Shown: positions 37,723 through 51,435, counted from the first letter of the whole stretch. The stretch: 62,506 nucleotides of DNA, filler included, from Porpidia crustulata (GCA_964255105.1; 6 parts of 6 records of this genome joined end to end with filler, not necessarily neighbours in it), one strand, 5' to 3'. The notes: generated from the letters alone by a model not told the origin. Made by a program: numbers and translations.

Positions 37723-38934
37723 CTAAATTTTGCTTGGATCCAAGATTGACCTTGCGCAACCATAGCATAGAGTCCCATCTTGCTTCGATATTGGTAGTTC
37801 CATGGGAGAGTTCTCCGCACCACTTTTCTGATCACCTCCCCATTTTTGAGAGCGTTCCACAGTTGGCAAGCCACAAACAACACAAGATGCTTCGTCGGGT
37901 TCAATTGAAGGGGCTAACAGCCTGGCAGAAGTTCGAACTACGTTCGCCACAATGCTTGGGTAGTTTTCCTCTACCGATTCGAAATACTGGCCCATTAAGT
38001 CATCGATTGTTGTGATCTTTGAAGATGTCGAAACCTGGGCTGAAGATCCTTTGGCAATAATCATATCAGTCAGTGGCGGTGAAGTCAAAGTCGCGAATGC
38101 GCCGAGCTCTTTTTTCAAAAGATCTCGCATAGGATAAACGAACTTTATGCCATATGGTGAAAGGCCATCAGCGGTGAGCCATGCCAATGAGCCTCCTCTG
38201 CCCTTGGCCGCTTCAGCCAGCGTTCTTTCTGCTAGTCGAGTTGTAGAATCACCCCATACAACGCTATGACAGCTGCTTTGCATTGCAAACGCAGCTGTCA
38301 GCCTTATCCTCATGATAATTTCGATGTCGGCTCTCGAAGTAGCTGATGGAAGAGAAGACAGAACTTGTCTCAAATGCTCTTGTTTGGTTAGCTGGGGGTC
38401 TGCATCACGGATGCTCAATGATTCGTGATCAAATGTTGAATCATAATCTAGGATGTCTTCCAGCAGAGCGGAGGAATACCTATGAGAAGGATATCTCAAC
38501 TGAAGCCTACGAAACGCTTCATGATGCGGCGCATTATTGCCTGGCATAGCTTGATCGATGAACAGAACGTGCAGCTTATACATGGCTTTTCCACTACGCT
38601 CATATTGAGCAGCGAGCTGCTGATTCAGCACATGTAACAAACAGACTGAGGAGACGCCCAGTGATAAGGGAAGCAGTAATGTTTTTGGACTTTCTCCAAA
38701 GGCGCCGCGTAATTTGTTTGTTTCCACCCGTTTCATTACCTTGATTCCCACGTACTTCGTGAAACAGTTCCTGACCAGAGGATGAGTAAATTAGATATAG
38801 TGGGAAAGGGCAGAGTGTCCAGCTTACTTGCACAAATGCTCATTTCGTACAACCAGTATTGCCTTCAATACTTGACATCTCGCACAGGGTACAACCCGGT
38901 CTTTCGAGGTACTGTCAATGAGTGCTCCTGGCAT
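37723..38934 (-). CDS. NCS2: Cytoplasmic tRNA 2-thiolation protein 2 (Ncs2/Ctu2), 2 exons
   Basis: N-terminal CxxC..LC|xxCF, LLLPLSLGVSS, LPSATSRAD, WGDSTTRLAERTLAEAAKGRG, YPSIVANVVRT and C-terminal CYGCARS. Confidence 0.92.
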
Positions 38935-39353
38935 GGCTTCCTCACTTCTCGCTGACTAGAAACAGCGTAAATGTAAACGAAACAACCTGTTCGCGGAATT
39001 TAAAATACAGGAGGTTGACACTGTGGGAAACCTATAGGAAGACCGTGTGGACTTCAATAGATGTACGATGATAATGCCAGACGTTGGCTATCATGACTTC
39101 TGAATATCTACCTTAACGGGAGATCGACAAGCCTGATTCGCGGGTATGATCTGCAGGGGCTCAAGGATTTGCTAGGGCTGAGCACAACTTCAAACCTGCG
39201 GCCTCCGAAGGCCACCGGCAGGGTTAGCTAAACATGCCACAAACTGTCCATTACGCCATTACATGATACCTCGATCTCCTTATACCATAGCTATCTCCAG
39301 TTCGTGCACGGTTTTCCCCTGGGATAAGGGAGCCGGGATTGTCCGTCACAAAC

Positions 39354-41280
39354 ATGAGGAAATCGAGAGCTTTCCTTCCGCTCGCGCTCTCAATATCGTG
39401 GGCTATCGCTAGTGAAGTAGAAATTGTACTTATGGCTGCCTTTCATGTCTGGAATGACAAAGCTTATCTTTCATCCAGACTCAAAATTCTCCGGATTGGC
39501 AGCATTGCAATGGCATGTATAGTAAGACGTCATGGGGCGGCGACGTCGATCCATTCATTCTCATCAAGTTTGTTCAAGCCGCTCCGGAAGTCGATAAAGA
39601 TGATATAGTCAGCCTGGTTATGTTTGAGTGGAGAGATGAGGATTTGGTTGGTGTCAGGCCCTCAGGCGATGCAAAAGTAAGAGTAATCAACATGCCGTTT
39701 TGCAATCTTTGCTAACCACCCTGGGGGTCGGTAGAAAGTGTACATATGTAACGAGGAGAATGTGCGGGCAAAGTTCTGTAAGGATGAGCAGCTTGGCGAA
39801 TTCATCCTAAGCACGAATGCTTCTGAGTCGAAGAGCCCCGTCATCTCTCAAACGATACACACAAAAGATCCGGGGGACCCCTTACGATATGAAGTTAAGA
39901 GAACTGGTTATTACTGTGTTGGGACATATGCGCCCGAGGAATCAGAGTACAAAGCAGTAATAGAGTTTCGAAATGCGTATGGAGAACTTCCTGCTGCGCA
40001 GATTGCAAAATTGCCGTTTTACGGTGGCCTCACCATCGTGTATGCGGTTATTGGAATGTTAGTCCTCCTAGTCCTACTTTGTCAAGATATCGCTTACATC
40101 GACTCAGCTTCTGGGGGTTTTTGTATGTCCAAAATCGCCATGATATACGTGAGTTCCAGTTTTTGCAAGTCTTATAGGTCATTGGCTTACATGACTAGTA
40201 CCCGTCCAAAACTACATCACTGCAATCATCATATTCCTCATTGTCGAGCAACTTATGACATGGGGCTTTTATGGTAAGTTCTCCTCATATCTGCTATCAA
40301 AGTAAGCCCTGACATCAGCAGATTACTCCAACTTCCACGGCAACAATGCCCTTGCCAAAGTTCTCATGGTCATGGTCGCTGTTTTAAACGCCGGCCGAAA
40401 TTCCTTCTCCTTCTTCCTCCTCCTCATTGTCTGCATGGGGTACGGCGTTGTCAAACCTACCCTTGGCAAAATTATGGTTTACGTCCGTTTCCTCGCAGTC
40501 GCTCACTTCCTCTTTGGTGTCATATACGCCGTTGCTAGCTTGAATATTACCCCTGACACCGCCGGACCTCTTGTGCTCTTTGTTATACTACCTCTAGCCG
40601 CCACTTTGACTGCCTTCTACATCTGGACTCTAAATTCTCTGAATCTCACGATGAAAGATTTACTTGAGAGGAAACAAAGCGTCAAAGCAATGATGTACAA
40701 GAAGCTTTGGTGGTGCATCCTAGGGAGTATAATAGTCATTTTCGCCTTTTTCTTCCTCAACTCCTTCACCTTTGCTGGAAGGAGTAACCCGGACTTCGTA
40801 CCAAACCACTGGAAAACACGATGGTTCATACTAGACGGATGGTTGAATATAGTGTACCTGTTTGATATCGCCTATGTTGCGTACCTTTGGCGACCAACGG
40901 CCAACAACCGAAGATTTGCCATGAGTGATGAGGTATACTTCACTTTTTCCTTCTAACCCACAAAACACCGTTAACCTGCCATATAGCTTGCACAAGACGA
41001 TGAAGGGTTTGAGATAGCATCCTTTGGAGGCTCTCTTGACGAAGAAGACGCACGCTCCCCAGATATGCACACGCCAAACGGTGCCAATGAAATATCCACT
41101 GGAACTAACGGAGCGCTATCTCCTGTACCTCCGAAACCTTTCAATGGCAGTCAGCACCAGCGGCAATCGCTGGATGGCGAGACGATCTTCGCGGTAGGGG
41201 AGGACGGAGACAAATGGTCCGAAGACGAGGAGTCGCCTAGGAACTCAGAAGAGAACACGAGGTTGACCAAGAGAGATTGA
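39354..41280 (+). CDS. PTM1: PTM1-like / lung seven-transmembrane receptor (TMEM87/GPR107-type) protein, multi-exon
   Basis: Signal peptide; GMYSKTSWGG, EFRNAYGELPAAQIAKLPFYG, NAGRNSFSFFLLLIVCMGYGVVKP and LWRPTANNRRFAMSDE. Confidence 0.85.
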
Positions 41281-41659
41281 AACGTTTGTGATTCTTTCCA
41301 ATTGACTCCAGTGGATCGAAGGGGTTTTCTGTTGTAAGATTTGTGGAAGGGTGCTTGACATCTAGCATCTAGCAGTGGCGTTTGGCTGGTTTGATATTAT
41401 GTGCGCAATCTATCGCCGCCCCGGAGCGTTAGTATTTACCAAGTTTTTGATTGTCCACCCGGAAGATATCGGCGAGGATAAATGTGTATTTTCAGTATTT
41501 ACAACGTGGTATCACCTCAACCCCCAGTCTTCCCAAGAAAGAATACCAAACTCCGCAGTCAATGTAGCGCCTCGTAATGTGTCCAGCCATATCGTCGGTC
41601 AACCATGTCATTTCTTCCCCTTCTTTTTCTTTCCTCCACCCCCTCCGCCTCCTTTGGTT

Positions 41660-41759
41660 NNNNNNNNNNNNNNNNNNNNNNNNNNNNNNNNNNNNNNNNN
41701 NNNTTAATTAATTAANNNNNNNNNNNNNNNNNNNNNNNNNNNNNNNNNNNNNNNNNNNN
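41660..41759. other. Artificial contig linker
   Basis: 44N-TTAATTAATTAA-44N. Confidence 0.98.
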
Positions 41760-41814
41760 TCTTTCCACCATTGACCCCCCTTCCCCCCGCGGCTGGACTG
41801 TTGGCCTAGTGAAG

Positions 41815-41907
41815 AGGTTGATTATAGATTTGATGAGGAGTTTGATTAAGAGTTTGCTAGGGGTTTGATAGGAGATTGATAGAGGGTTAATTGAGGGCTT
41901 GGTTAGG
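41815..41907. repeat. Degenerate tandem repeat, about 12-bp period (AGTTTGATnRRG-like)
   Basis: About eight units, e.g. GATTTGATGAGG, AGTTTGATTAAG, AGTTTGCTAGGG. Confidence 0.55.
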
Positions 41908-42621
41908 CAAAGCTCTACTTTCACACATCTATTCAGACCATCTTCTTTATCAATCCCTGATGCTGTCAATAACTTCGCCCACCAAACTCTGCGACTAATC
42001 CACCACCACTTTGCCAATTTCTGATAGACATCATCTGATCACCCAATCTTATGGCGTTAATTTCATGATCACGCCGTACTGTGCTTCGGTGTCACAGGAT
42101 CAGAGTCGAAAAGTCCATTCTGGCCAAGGAGTAGCAAGAAGAGTGTCGCAACCACGACTGGGAAAGATCCAAGAGATTGGAATTCCAAGTTTTTCATTAG
42201 GCTCTGCTTAGAAAGTCCTTGCCTAGTCAATAGTGATAGCCCTACCCATGATCTTCGTCCGCCATCGGGGCATACAGCAAGTCTTAGTACCGGATATGCA
42301 GCAGAGAGACATGCGACTTGTACAAAGGAACCGGTGTTTGCATGTAGTGGAAATTTCATGTCTTGTAATTTTGCCAAGGTCGTGATGAGGTCAAGATCAA
42401 CACTTGGCAAGGACGCAGAAACCGGGAATCTGGCGGCGCGGCAAGTGAATATGCAGAGGTAATAGTGCGAAGAATGACTCATAATTGTCTCTTTGCGAGC
42501 CACTGATAGCTGAGACAGTTCGCTAGCGGTTGAGATATCCGACAGTCGGAGACCCCTCGGATGGTCCCTTCAGCGTCGCGCAAAACTATCGTTAGTGGAT
42601 TCGCTGTTTATTTGGGCAACC

Positions 42622-43900
42622 CTAAAGGGTACCATGATAGTCTTCATTGGCATGCAGCAGATAGATCAGGTGTTGGCTCGCCAATTCTCTCGAAATTTCC
42701 ACCCATGCACGGTAATATTGACCCACGAAAGGAAGCCAGCAGCAAAGTCCAGTGCGGGCATAAATGACCCAGGTATGGTAACCGTAGAGTACTCCATGCT
42801 GTATAAACGATGTTCTCAACATTGGCATGATGCTCGCAAAGCTGTTCAAGTACAAGGCATACCAGAATGGCATGAAAATCGCCTCTTTTATTTGAAGGAC
42901 ATTCATCCCCAAATCAGCTCCGATCGTGATTTTGTATCGTTCCCAAGTATTCAGGCTAACTATGATTAACATTCCGCGTGCTAATGATGCAGTCCAGATG
43001 AAAAGTCGCCATAAATTCGTTTGACGATAGGATTCTGAAAATGATAGCTGGATACGGAGTACCTTTATAACGAATATGTAAATTGGTGCCATACACATAC
43101 TAGTTATCAATTCTTTGCAAAGAAATCTTCCGATACGGTGGTTGTCAGCCGTCAAGTTGATCCATAGCCTGAAACCTTCTCCGACGGCGAAAGCCACAAC
43201 GTCGAGGCATAGGATCGTAGACTTGACGAGTTCGGAGGTCGTTCTCTTTCGATAGACCAACTTAAAGATCATCGATGTGACGACATGAGTGACGAGAGAT
43301 AGAGTAACGCTCGTGACAACACGGACAACTAAGAGGTTCAGCTCAAATATCACCCCACAGATCCCAACAACTGTATGGGCAAGATAGGATGAGGCATAGG
43401 CTTTTTCAAGTGTAGAAGGATCCCCGAACCAGATCCTGTCTCTGTTGGAAGCCCCGGTGCTGCTGCTGGTACGTAAAGCTTGTGTTGAGTAGAATTCCAA
43501 CCCATTGGTAATCAATTTCTCGCAAAAACGAACGTGCTTTGTCGCATAATCCTGCGATGAGTCAGTGCACTATTCCAAGCTTGATAGTAGCATATGAGTA
43601 CGATACCGAGGAACTATTGTTACACTGTCGCAATATATATGTCTTCAAAGTCTCTTCGGCTTCTTTTTTAACGACTCCATAGTAAACAAAGCCCATAGCC
43701 AGACTCAGAAGCACTAGAAATGTATTTTTCGCGAACCTGAGCAAAATACCAGAATATTTACTGCGTTGAGTAGTCAATGATTGAACGTCTGCTATTATCT
43801 GTCCTTCTTGGAGCGGCATTCCAGCCTGCTTTTGCGAAAATTCTCCATCTTCCTGAGGTAGGGTCTTCTCCAGATCGCTTCCAGCTTTGGCACCAGACAT
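42622..43900 (-). CDS. Orphan multi-pass membrane protein, 2 exons (43900-43607, 43551-42622)
   Basis: Intron GTATCG..CTGAC..CGCAG joins two ORFs in frame (NNSSS|DYATKH), giving about 400 aa with many hydrophobic segments. No family recognised; the 3' end is uncertain. Confidence 0.6.
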
Positions 43901-44346
43901 AGAGATATAGTCTGGAATGAGTTTTTTCAAGAGCGTCAGTTTGCCGCACTCAATAAGCATTTTGGACGAATTCGGAGGAATCCGTAATATAGTAGATAGA
44001 CCTTACTAGCAAAGAGGTCCAAGTACCGAGTGAAGAGAGGAAGATGATGAAAGATTAGAACTCGCCGTACTTCCTCTGGGCGTAGCAAGAGGCACATAAG
44101 CGCGCAGAAGCTCAGAGGAGCGGATAGCAAAATTAAGCTTTAGTATCTGCTGTGGGATAATCTATGTGCAATATCTTAATTGGTTCTCCTAAGATCGTTC
44201 AAGGAACTCCATCCCCCATGTCCTCATCCTTCACCCCCCCCAATCCTGTATGCTCTTTTAAACATATTCATCATGTCAGCAAGATTACATCCTCGGTATA
44301 TTCCACGAGGGCGGAAAAGAATGACGTGAATTTGCACATCTCAGAT

Positions 44347-44745
44347 GAGTACGCGAATACACGCTGAATACACGAATACACGAATATACGCTGGGTACAC
44401 GGACGATCTTCAAGTGAATACTCGCGATGTCCAAACGGACACAATAGATTTCCTGTTGCGATGTTCTACCGCAGTAAGAAATAAGTAGAACGAGAAGTCG
44501 AGACAATTGATCGCGAAAATTTTACAATCAAGGTCGTATAGTGTCTGATTTTCGAAAGATCTTGCCCGGGTGCGTTGTAACCCTCGATCGAGACTTGTTG
44601 AGTTGCGCGAATTCAATTTCCACTGTAGATGATGCGGATATCATCGTATCATTAAGGAGTACTCGCGGGTATTCGCGTACTTGTCGGGTACATCGCGGGT
44701 ATTCGTGTACAAAGCCCTGCCGCGATGTCCTGCCGCGATATCCAA
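44347..44745. repeat. Inverted short-repeat arrays (GAATACAC / GTATTC units), possible non-autonomous element remnant
   Basis: GAGTACGCGAATAC (44347-44360) is 13/14 complementary to GTATTCGCGTACTT (44669-44682); TACACGAATAC in the left array mirrors GTATTCGTGTA in the right array. Confidence 0.5.
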
Positions 44746-45515
44746 GCGAGCTCGGCCAAATCCCCCCTGACGAAGAAAGGCATTGAGATTGTCTAGCGAT
44801 GTAGAGAGGTAGCTGTTGCTTCGAGTTTCTAGATGATGATGATGAGATGGAGTGGGTGTTATCTGGATGTCGAGTATCTGTGTTGTCGAGAAATTGGGGA
44901 ATCGATAGCGGCGGTATGTTTGCCTACGCCAGACGACTACCTCGAGAATATCTCATCTATCCAAAACGAAGAGATGCCTTGACCACCTGTTCGTTAGCTA
45001 GATAGGTGGGGCTCTCAGTTTGAGATTATCTGGATCAACGATATCAATAATAGAGAGATTCGTTGCATCTTCACCATCAGCTTTCCGAAAATCGACGACG
45101 GGAATTTAGACTATTTAAGAAACAGTTGGGCTGTCTCGGTTTATCCACGTAGTTGTAAGAGGTCTCTGCTGGTGTGTCATGTTTCAGTTGTTCCCTGCCT
45201 TGGCTCACTCCTGGCGTCGATCTCGTGTATTTCCCCGTTGGGATCATCGAGACGGAGAAGCACTGGGAAAAAATGACTTCACTATCTTCGTTGATTCTTT
45301 TCTGGATCATCTATGTACAAGTAGCGATTTCCTTCTCATCTAATAATCCAACTCGTTAATCCCAGTCTATGTTACACCTCCCCTTCCAATTTCCAAATAA
45401 CAAGCTATACTCTTCTTTAGAAGGCATCATCAAAGCCGTCGATGCAGCCCCAAATCAATTCCCAGACCACAAGATCACTTCCGCCCCGCAGTCCCTATCA
45501 ATACACACAAGTATC

Positions 45516-48077
45516 CTACTCACCCTCCTCGTCCCACCTCTCCTTCTCCCTCTTCATAAACCCCTCCATCACCTCCTCTCCAAATATCGACTCACCCTTC
45601 CCCCTCACCTTCGTCACATCCGGCTCAAACACCGGTCCAATCTTACCCTCCCATTTCTCCCGTCTCGTCATCAGCTGCCTCGCCACATCCCCGATCCCCG
45701 GCTTCGTCACTCCCGCCGCCGCTCCTCCGACTCCAGCTCCAGTCCCGCCGTTCATCGTACCGCCCGCAGTGTAACTCGATCCTCCGCCGGCGCCACCGGG
45801 ACGCTTTGTATTTTTCTTTCCCTTGCCAAGGGTACGGGTACGCTTCAGGTATGCTTGCTGCACTTGCCCATCCAGATCTTCGAGTATGGTAGTGTATTCC
45901 TGGTGTGCCATACGTTCATTGGCAAGTTCCAGTACACGAGCTTTACGAGCGCCGTTGATGATGCTGACACGTTTGAGCTCTGCCTGAAGTTTTCGGAGTC
46001 GCTCACCAACTTCGTCGTCATAGTGCGCGTCATAGTCCGGTTCCGAGTCGGGAGCTAAGAAGCCAATATGGCGAAGCTCGGCCTTGACACGCTCGTCCAT
46101 TTGCTCGCTCGAGAGTTTCATGGTCGGATTTTTCCAGGTTGGGAAGCTAGATTCAGGCATAAAGGTCGCTGGTGGAAGATTGGTCGCTAGGGAGTCGCTG
46201 GAGGGGTCGGAAGTAGATGCTTGGGGGTCATTAGAGCCAACGCCGTTGGTTGATGGTGAACCCGTGCCATTGGTGACCGGCTTGTCGTCTGTAGGAGGAC
46301 GATTCTCGACGCGCATTGCTGATAAAAGACGACCAAGCATTGGGCCGGTAGAGACCTGATCTGTTTCGGCGACATCATCGTCCATGGCTTCCAGACTACC
46401 GCGAGCTTGATTAGGAGGGAGTTTATCAGGGCCTGGTGCTTTTTCCATAGATATTAAGCCATCTTCCTCAGCCCACACTTCTGTGTAATGCTTTTTCCCA
46501 CGACGAGGCATGATGAATGGAGTTACGCGATCGCCCTAGTATGAGTCAGCATTGGTGACGGTGGCGAAGATAGTACTACTTACCCTCTCTTTTAGGAAAG
46601 CCATGTCTTCTTCAGTCAATGGACGAAGGTAGGGATCGATAGATGCAGCGAAAGTATTGGCGTTGACCTGATTGGGAGGTTTGGCATTGCTGAAATCTTT
46701 GTCTGGAGGTGTGCCGGCAATGAGATGGCTCAAGTCATCGTGCGGGAAATGCGATACGCAGTAGATCTCCTTCTTCTCCTCATCAGTCATATCATCGGTG
46801 ATTTCACGGATGTGGTAGGTTGTGGGATCGTTGAAAGTAAGTGGATCTGGACCAAAGGTTTGGTATTGAGGAATACTTGGCGCTGGTGGAGGTTGATGAG
46901 AGTCGAGCGAGCTGCTTGATGGTGAACGTGAATTGCGACTGGGCTCCACCTTTTGCTTTGGTTGCGCAAGCGTCGGAGATGTTGCTTGTGATGGAGGAGA
47001 TAACGACGAGGAGCTTCCTGAGATCTCGTCGAGCTTCCGCTTAGTACCAGGCTCGGATGATTTTCGAATAACCTTGCGCTCTTCCACAACACCTTCATTT
47101 ATGTTAGTATCCTGTTCTGATCTTGTCCGCTTTCGCCCACGCCCCGACAAGCTAGGTGTTTCTGCTGAATTAACAGGGTTTGCAGGGGAACGGCGAGACT
47201 GAAGCTGCCTTAATTGATGGGTACGTAACGGAGAAGCAATATCTTGATCAAGCTGGCCTGGCTCAGATACATAGCTATATGAACGAAGTGGGATTTGCGG
47301 TGCCATTACAACATGGCTTCAGTAAGTGTAGCGCCAACCAGTCGTTGGGAAATGAAAGAACCGATCCGGAAATTCAATGCCAGTACTTAGTACATTTGAA
47401 TTCTAAGTGATATATATTTATGGAGAACAAAAATGAGGTGGATCACGCGAGAAAGAGCAACAAAAGCAATCATAAACAGGATGAAACTGTTAGGCCATAC
47501 CTTTCATAGGAAAGTCCGAGCCATCCTGCTTAGCTAGGCCATGTGCGCCGTGGGTCAGAGGTCGCTCTTCCTTCACGCTCTGCTCCTTCTTCTTTTTTTT
47601 CTTCAACGCCTTCTTAGACTTGGCCCCCTCCTCCTCTTCAGCTGCCTTCCGAAGACTCTCCCTTTCCGCTGCTTCTTGCGCGGCTTTGTCCTTGATTGCC
47701 TTTTCCTTTACCCGCTCATCTTCCAATCTGATCTCCTTTTGTCTTGCAACCAATTCGCGCATTGCACCATCGCAAGCTTGACCTCGTATTTGAGCACGTT
47801 GACTAAGACTCTTGAGATTGTCCGCCATGGTCTCTAGATGCTTTGGATCTGGAATACCGCCAACACCGCCATGTCGCTCCAGTATATCGTCGTAGCTAAC
47901 ATCTTTGGGTATGGTAAGGTCACTGACAGGTATCTCGAGGAAAGCAGTAGATATTGCTGTGGTAGTACTGGTGCTGATGGGTGCACTGATATTGGAGCTT
48001 GGTGTTGTGTTACGACTGCCTGAAGATCTCCCTTGGTCACGACCCTTGGGTTTAGTCTTGCCTGGTAAGGGCGGCAT
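45516..48077 (-). CDS. NGG1: SAGA/ADA subunit Ada3/Ngg1, 3 exons (first intron acceptor uncertain)
   Basis: [78 protein letters not shown] and [25 protein letters not shown]. Confidence 0.92.
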
Positions 48078-48779
48078 GGTTCTCTCTTTGTGCTCGTTTT
48101 TGAAGAGAATTTGATGCTGAACGTGGGATAGCAGAGGTATTAATATTTGGTGGGTGGGGTGTAGCCAACATCGGCCCCGCAATCAGGCCTGGTGAGCTGT
48201 TCTAATGAAGCGGAGGGATGGAGCAATGTGCAGGTAATTATCCAGAATTAATTCACGAGCTTGTAAGCAGCAGGAAGCTCATCATCATGTAGGACTGTAT
48301 CAATCATTTAATAGAGAAATTCAAAGGTTTCTACGGCCTTAAATAGAGAGGAAGAGGGCGAATGCGGAACAAATGCCCGAACAGGCATGATGTGTGAAGA
48401 TAGGTACCGTGGCACCTTAACTCAATCCTTAACCCCGATGAGGCTGAAAATGCGTCATTAGCGCACTCTATATTCGCTATACCTAACTGGTATTAACTCG
48501 CTTCAGCCCCCATCTGGCAGGCTCGGACATAAGAGGGTGCGTAAGCACTAACAGTGTGGCGGGAGCAGGTCCAGTCAACTCAACGCCTTCTTTTCTCTCC
48601 AAAAGTTGTCGGCGGCTGTGAAGTGTGAGTCTGAAAATTGTCAACAGTACAGTGAAAAGCTGTCGACTTTCGTTTGTACAAAGTCTTTCTATTCTCTCGT
48701 TTTTATCTCATCTATGCTCCTAATCCGCCTCAATCACGCTTAAGCCATGCGCCCGTAGCCTTCCAGGCCGCCAGCAGAG

Positions 48780-50629
48780 ATGGGTGAGCTCACTTTCCAT
48801 ACAGCACACATAATTCTGCTTGCTTCGCACCCTCATGCCCATTAGGAACAGGCTCTGACATCCAATAGCTGCCCAATCCATCGATAGCTTTGTTCTTGCT
48901 TTCAGCGATCCAAAGGTTGACCAAGACCTGAATAAGAAATCACGGGTTAATGTGTGTAACCTCAGTCCTGAATTTTCCAAATTCTGACCTTTGACCACCC
49001 GCAGTCTACCATTTCCTTTAATCATCTCATAGACGACAATATCCGGACCCTATCCACCAATGCCGGAGGTAGCGGAGACGATATAGAGGGGTTGCTCTAT
49101 GTCCCGGATCTCCCTCCGTCGGACCCATGCATGTCCGAGTCGACTCAATTCATTCCCAAAAACGCTACGCGACTAAAAGATCTACCGTCCGTGAACATTC
49201 TCTTAGTGGCATTGGTACCGTGGATCAACCAGAATTGTACAAAAGCTTTTTTGGCGGCAGCGCATGGTGCTCAAGCCTTCATTACCTACCTACCAGACGA
49301 TCAACGTACCATCCCTCCTCCAGCCAACGATCCAGTATGGGCCATGGGTGATGGAGGACAATGGAAAGCTATCAATCAATATCCGGTGTACGCGATCCCC
49401 GGGGACATTGGGGCGCTTTTGATGGGCGCACTGAATCAGTACTCGAGGAGCGCTATAGACGTACCTAACGGGGCCACCATTGCGGAAGATTATAATTTCC
49501 CCGCCTACGTTCGGCTCTACGTCACCGTTGGGACGAGCAGTGCAAGCTCTCTACCAAGTCTCTGGGCCTTTCTGCTCATCGTGCTCGGCATTGTCCTGTT
49601 CCTCATCTTCCTCACCTCGGCAATTATGCATTATTACCAGCGGCGGAACCGACAAGCCCTGCGCCGACGGGTTATCGCTGGCGAAGTCAATCTCGAGAAC
49701 CTTGGGATCAAGAGAATGACGGTGCCGCAGCATGTCATTGACAAGTTACCATTGTACAGCTATACATCTGGCAAAGAACCCAACAAATACATTCCACAAC
49801 GCCCAGAAGTAGCGATACCTCCCAACCCTGGCGTCTCCCCTTGGCGCCTGACTACAACCCCCCGCAGCGTCTCGGAACCTGTCCACCTCGTCCCACCTCC
49901 ACTAGCATCTCCGTCACTCCCCCCCTCGTACTCGCAACCCACCTGCTCCATCTGCCTCGATGAATTTACCCACACCACTACCGTCCGCCAGCTTCCCTGC
50001 CAACACATCTACCACCCCACCTGTATCGACCGCGTCCTCCACGAATACAGCTCCCTCTGTCCCATCTGCAAAGCCAGCGTGCTCCCTCCGGGCTACTGTC
50101 CGGCCACCATCACCAATGCGATGGTGCGACGAGAAAGGCTGATCCGCGAGCGCAGCGCATCTATCCAGAACCCCGGCGCCGAGGAAGCCGAAGCCGCGGC
50201 AGCAGTGGCAGCGGTCCAGAGACCGATCATCCTCGGCCACCGCCTCCCAAGCTTCCAACGCCAGTTCCGCCGCGCATCTCGTCCGCCAAACTGGGCTGGC
50301 AGACGCATCTCCAGCGCGCCCGCGACCAGCTCGCTCGAGATGATAGATCATCACAGCGACAGTCTGGCAGGTGCGAACAGTCGTCCGCCCACGTTGATGG
50401 TGCAGCATGCTATACCACCTGCGCTGGGGCGAACGCGGAGTGAGTTCGGCAGGAACAGGATGGGTGATTTCTTGAGCCACCATCGGGATCCGGATGAGGA
50501 GGAAGGGGAGAGACGGGCTCGGTTGCCGAAATGTGAGGGTTCTTTTTCATCTTATCTCCAGTTGAACTCGCTAACAGGATTGGGGTAGGGCGAAAAGCGG
50601 TCGGTAGCGTATTTCCCGGCTTTCGATGA
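48780..50629 (+). CDS. PA-like domain / TM / RING-H2 E3 ubiquitin ligase, 4 exons
   Basis: Spliced N-terminus MAAQSIDSFVLAF..NIRTLST..GLLYVPDL; TM segment LWAFLLIVLGIVLFLIFL; RING-H2 CSIC..CQHIYHPTC..CPIC; last exon gives KWRKAVGSVFPGFR*. Confidence 0.85.
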
Positions 50630-51435
50630 ATCGCCTTCGACTCATATACGGGTCATTGCAGCGGTTAGTTTTGGTCTGTTTTGCACCTGCTGGATGGTAT
50701 GGCTTTAGCATTGTTACTTTTGTTATAGTACCTTTTTCTCTATTTTCATGGTGGGAGCGTTGACGGGTCATTAGTGAGCATGGCGTTTTTCGGAGGCCTA
50801 TGATTTTGGAAAGTAAAGGGACTTTTTGCGATTAAATATAGTCGAGGGGGAGAAGAGGTTCGCTGGGGTCCGACTTGTTGCCGTGAGGAGGGGATGGGGT
50901 GTGGGGAAGAATCGATTGGTTCGAGGTGAGGCCGGTAGACATTTATTGATAGATTTCCTACGCCGTAGGTTTACAAAGCCAAACTCGATCTTCTCCTCAA
51001 GGCCGTATTATTCTTCATCCCTCTTCCCCCAGAACCTTAATCCCAATCCCGCCCAACGGCTAGAGTTGGCCATCTTCCTTGCTATCCGTACCCGCTCAGG
51101 TACCAAGCATCGCTCATCCTTGTTCTGCCTACTCACCTACCGGTGGCTGATGGAAGTTGGAGGATGGTGCAAACTAGACTGATCCGCTTCGTGGAGGTAG
51201 AGCAGGTTCATCGGATTCGTCGAGTGTTCATGCGATTCTGCAAGAACGGAGCGCGGCTAGGAGGAAGAGGCGCGGTCCTTGAAGTAGAAGCGCGGAACCG
51301 GCTTTCGTGAAGAGGGCTGGGAGGTGTCGAGAGCGAAGATAATGATTCGTAGCCGGTTCTTGGCTGGGGCGAGGGGCTTCCCCGGTGTGATGGTGGCGTG
51401 TATTATTAATGTAACGATTGGCAATAATCCTTCTG

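Noticed and set aside
542..48077. AHC1 and NGG1 (both ADA complex) in one window as a possible gene cluster
   Set aside because: They lie on different contigs joined artificially by size order.
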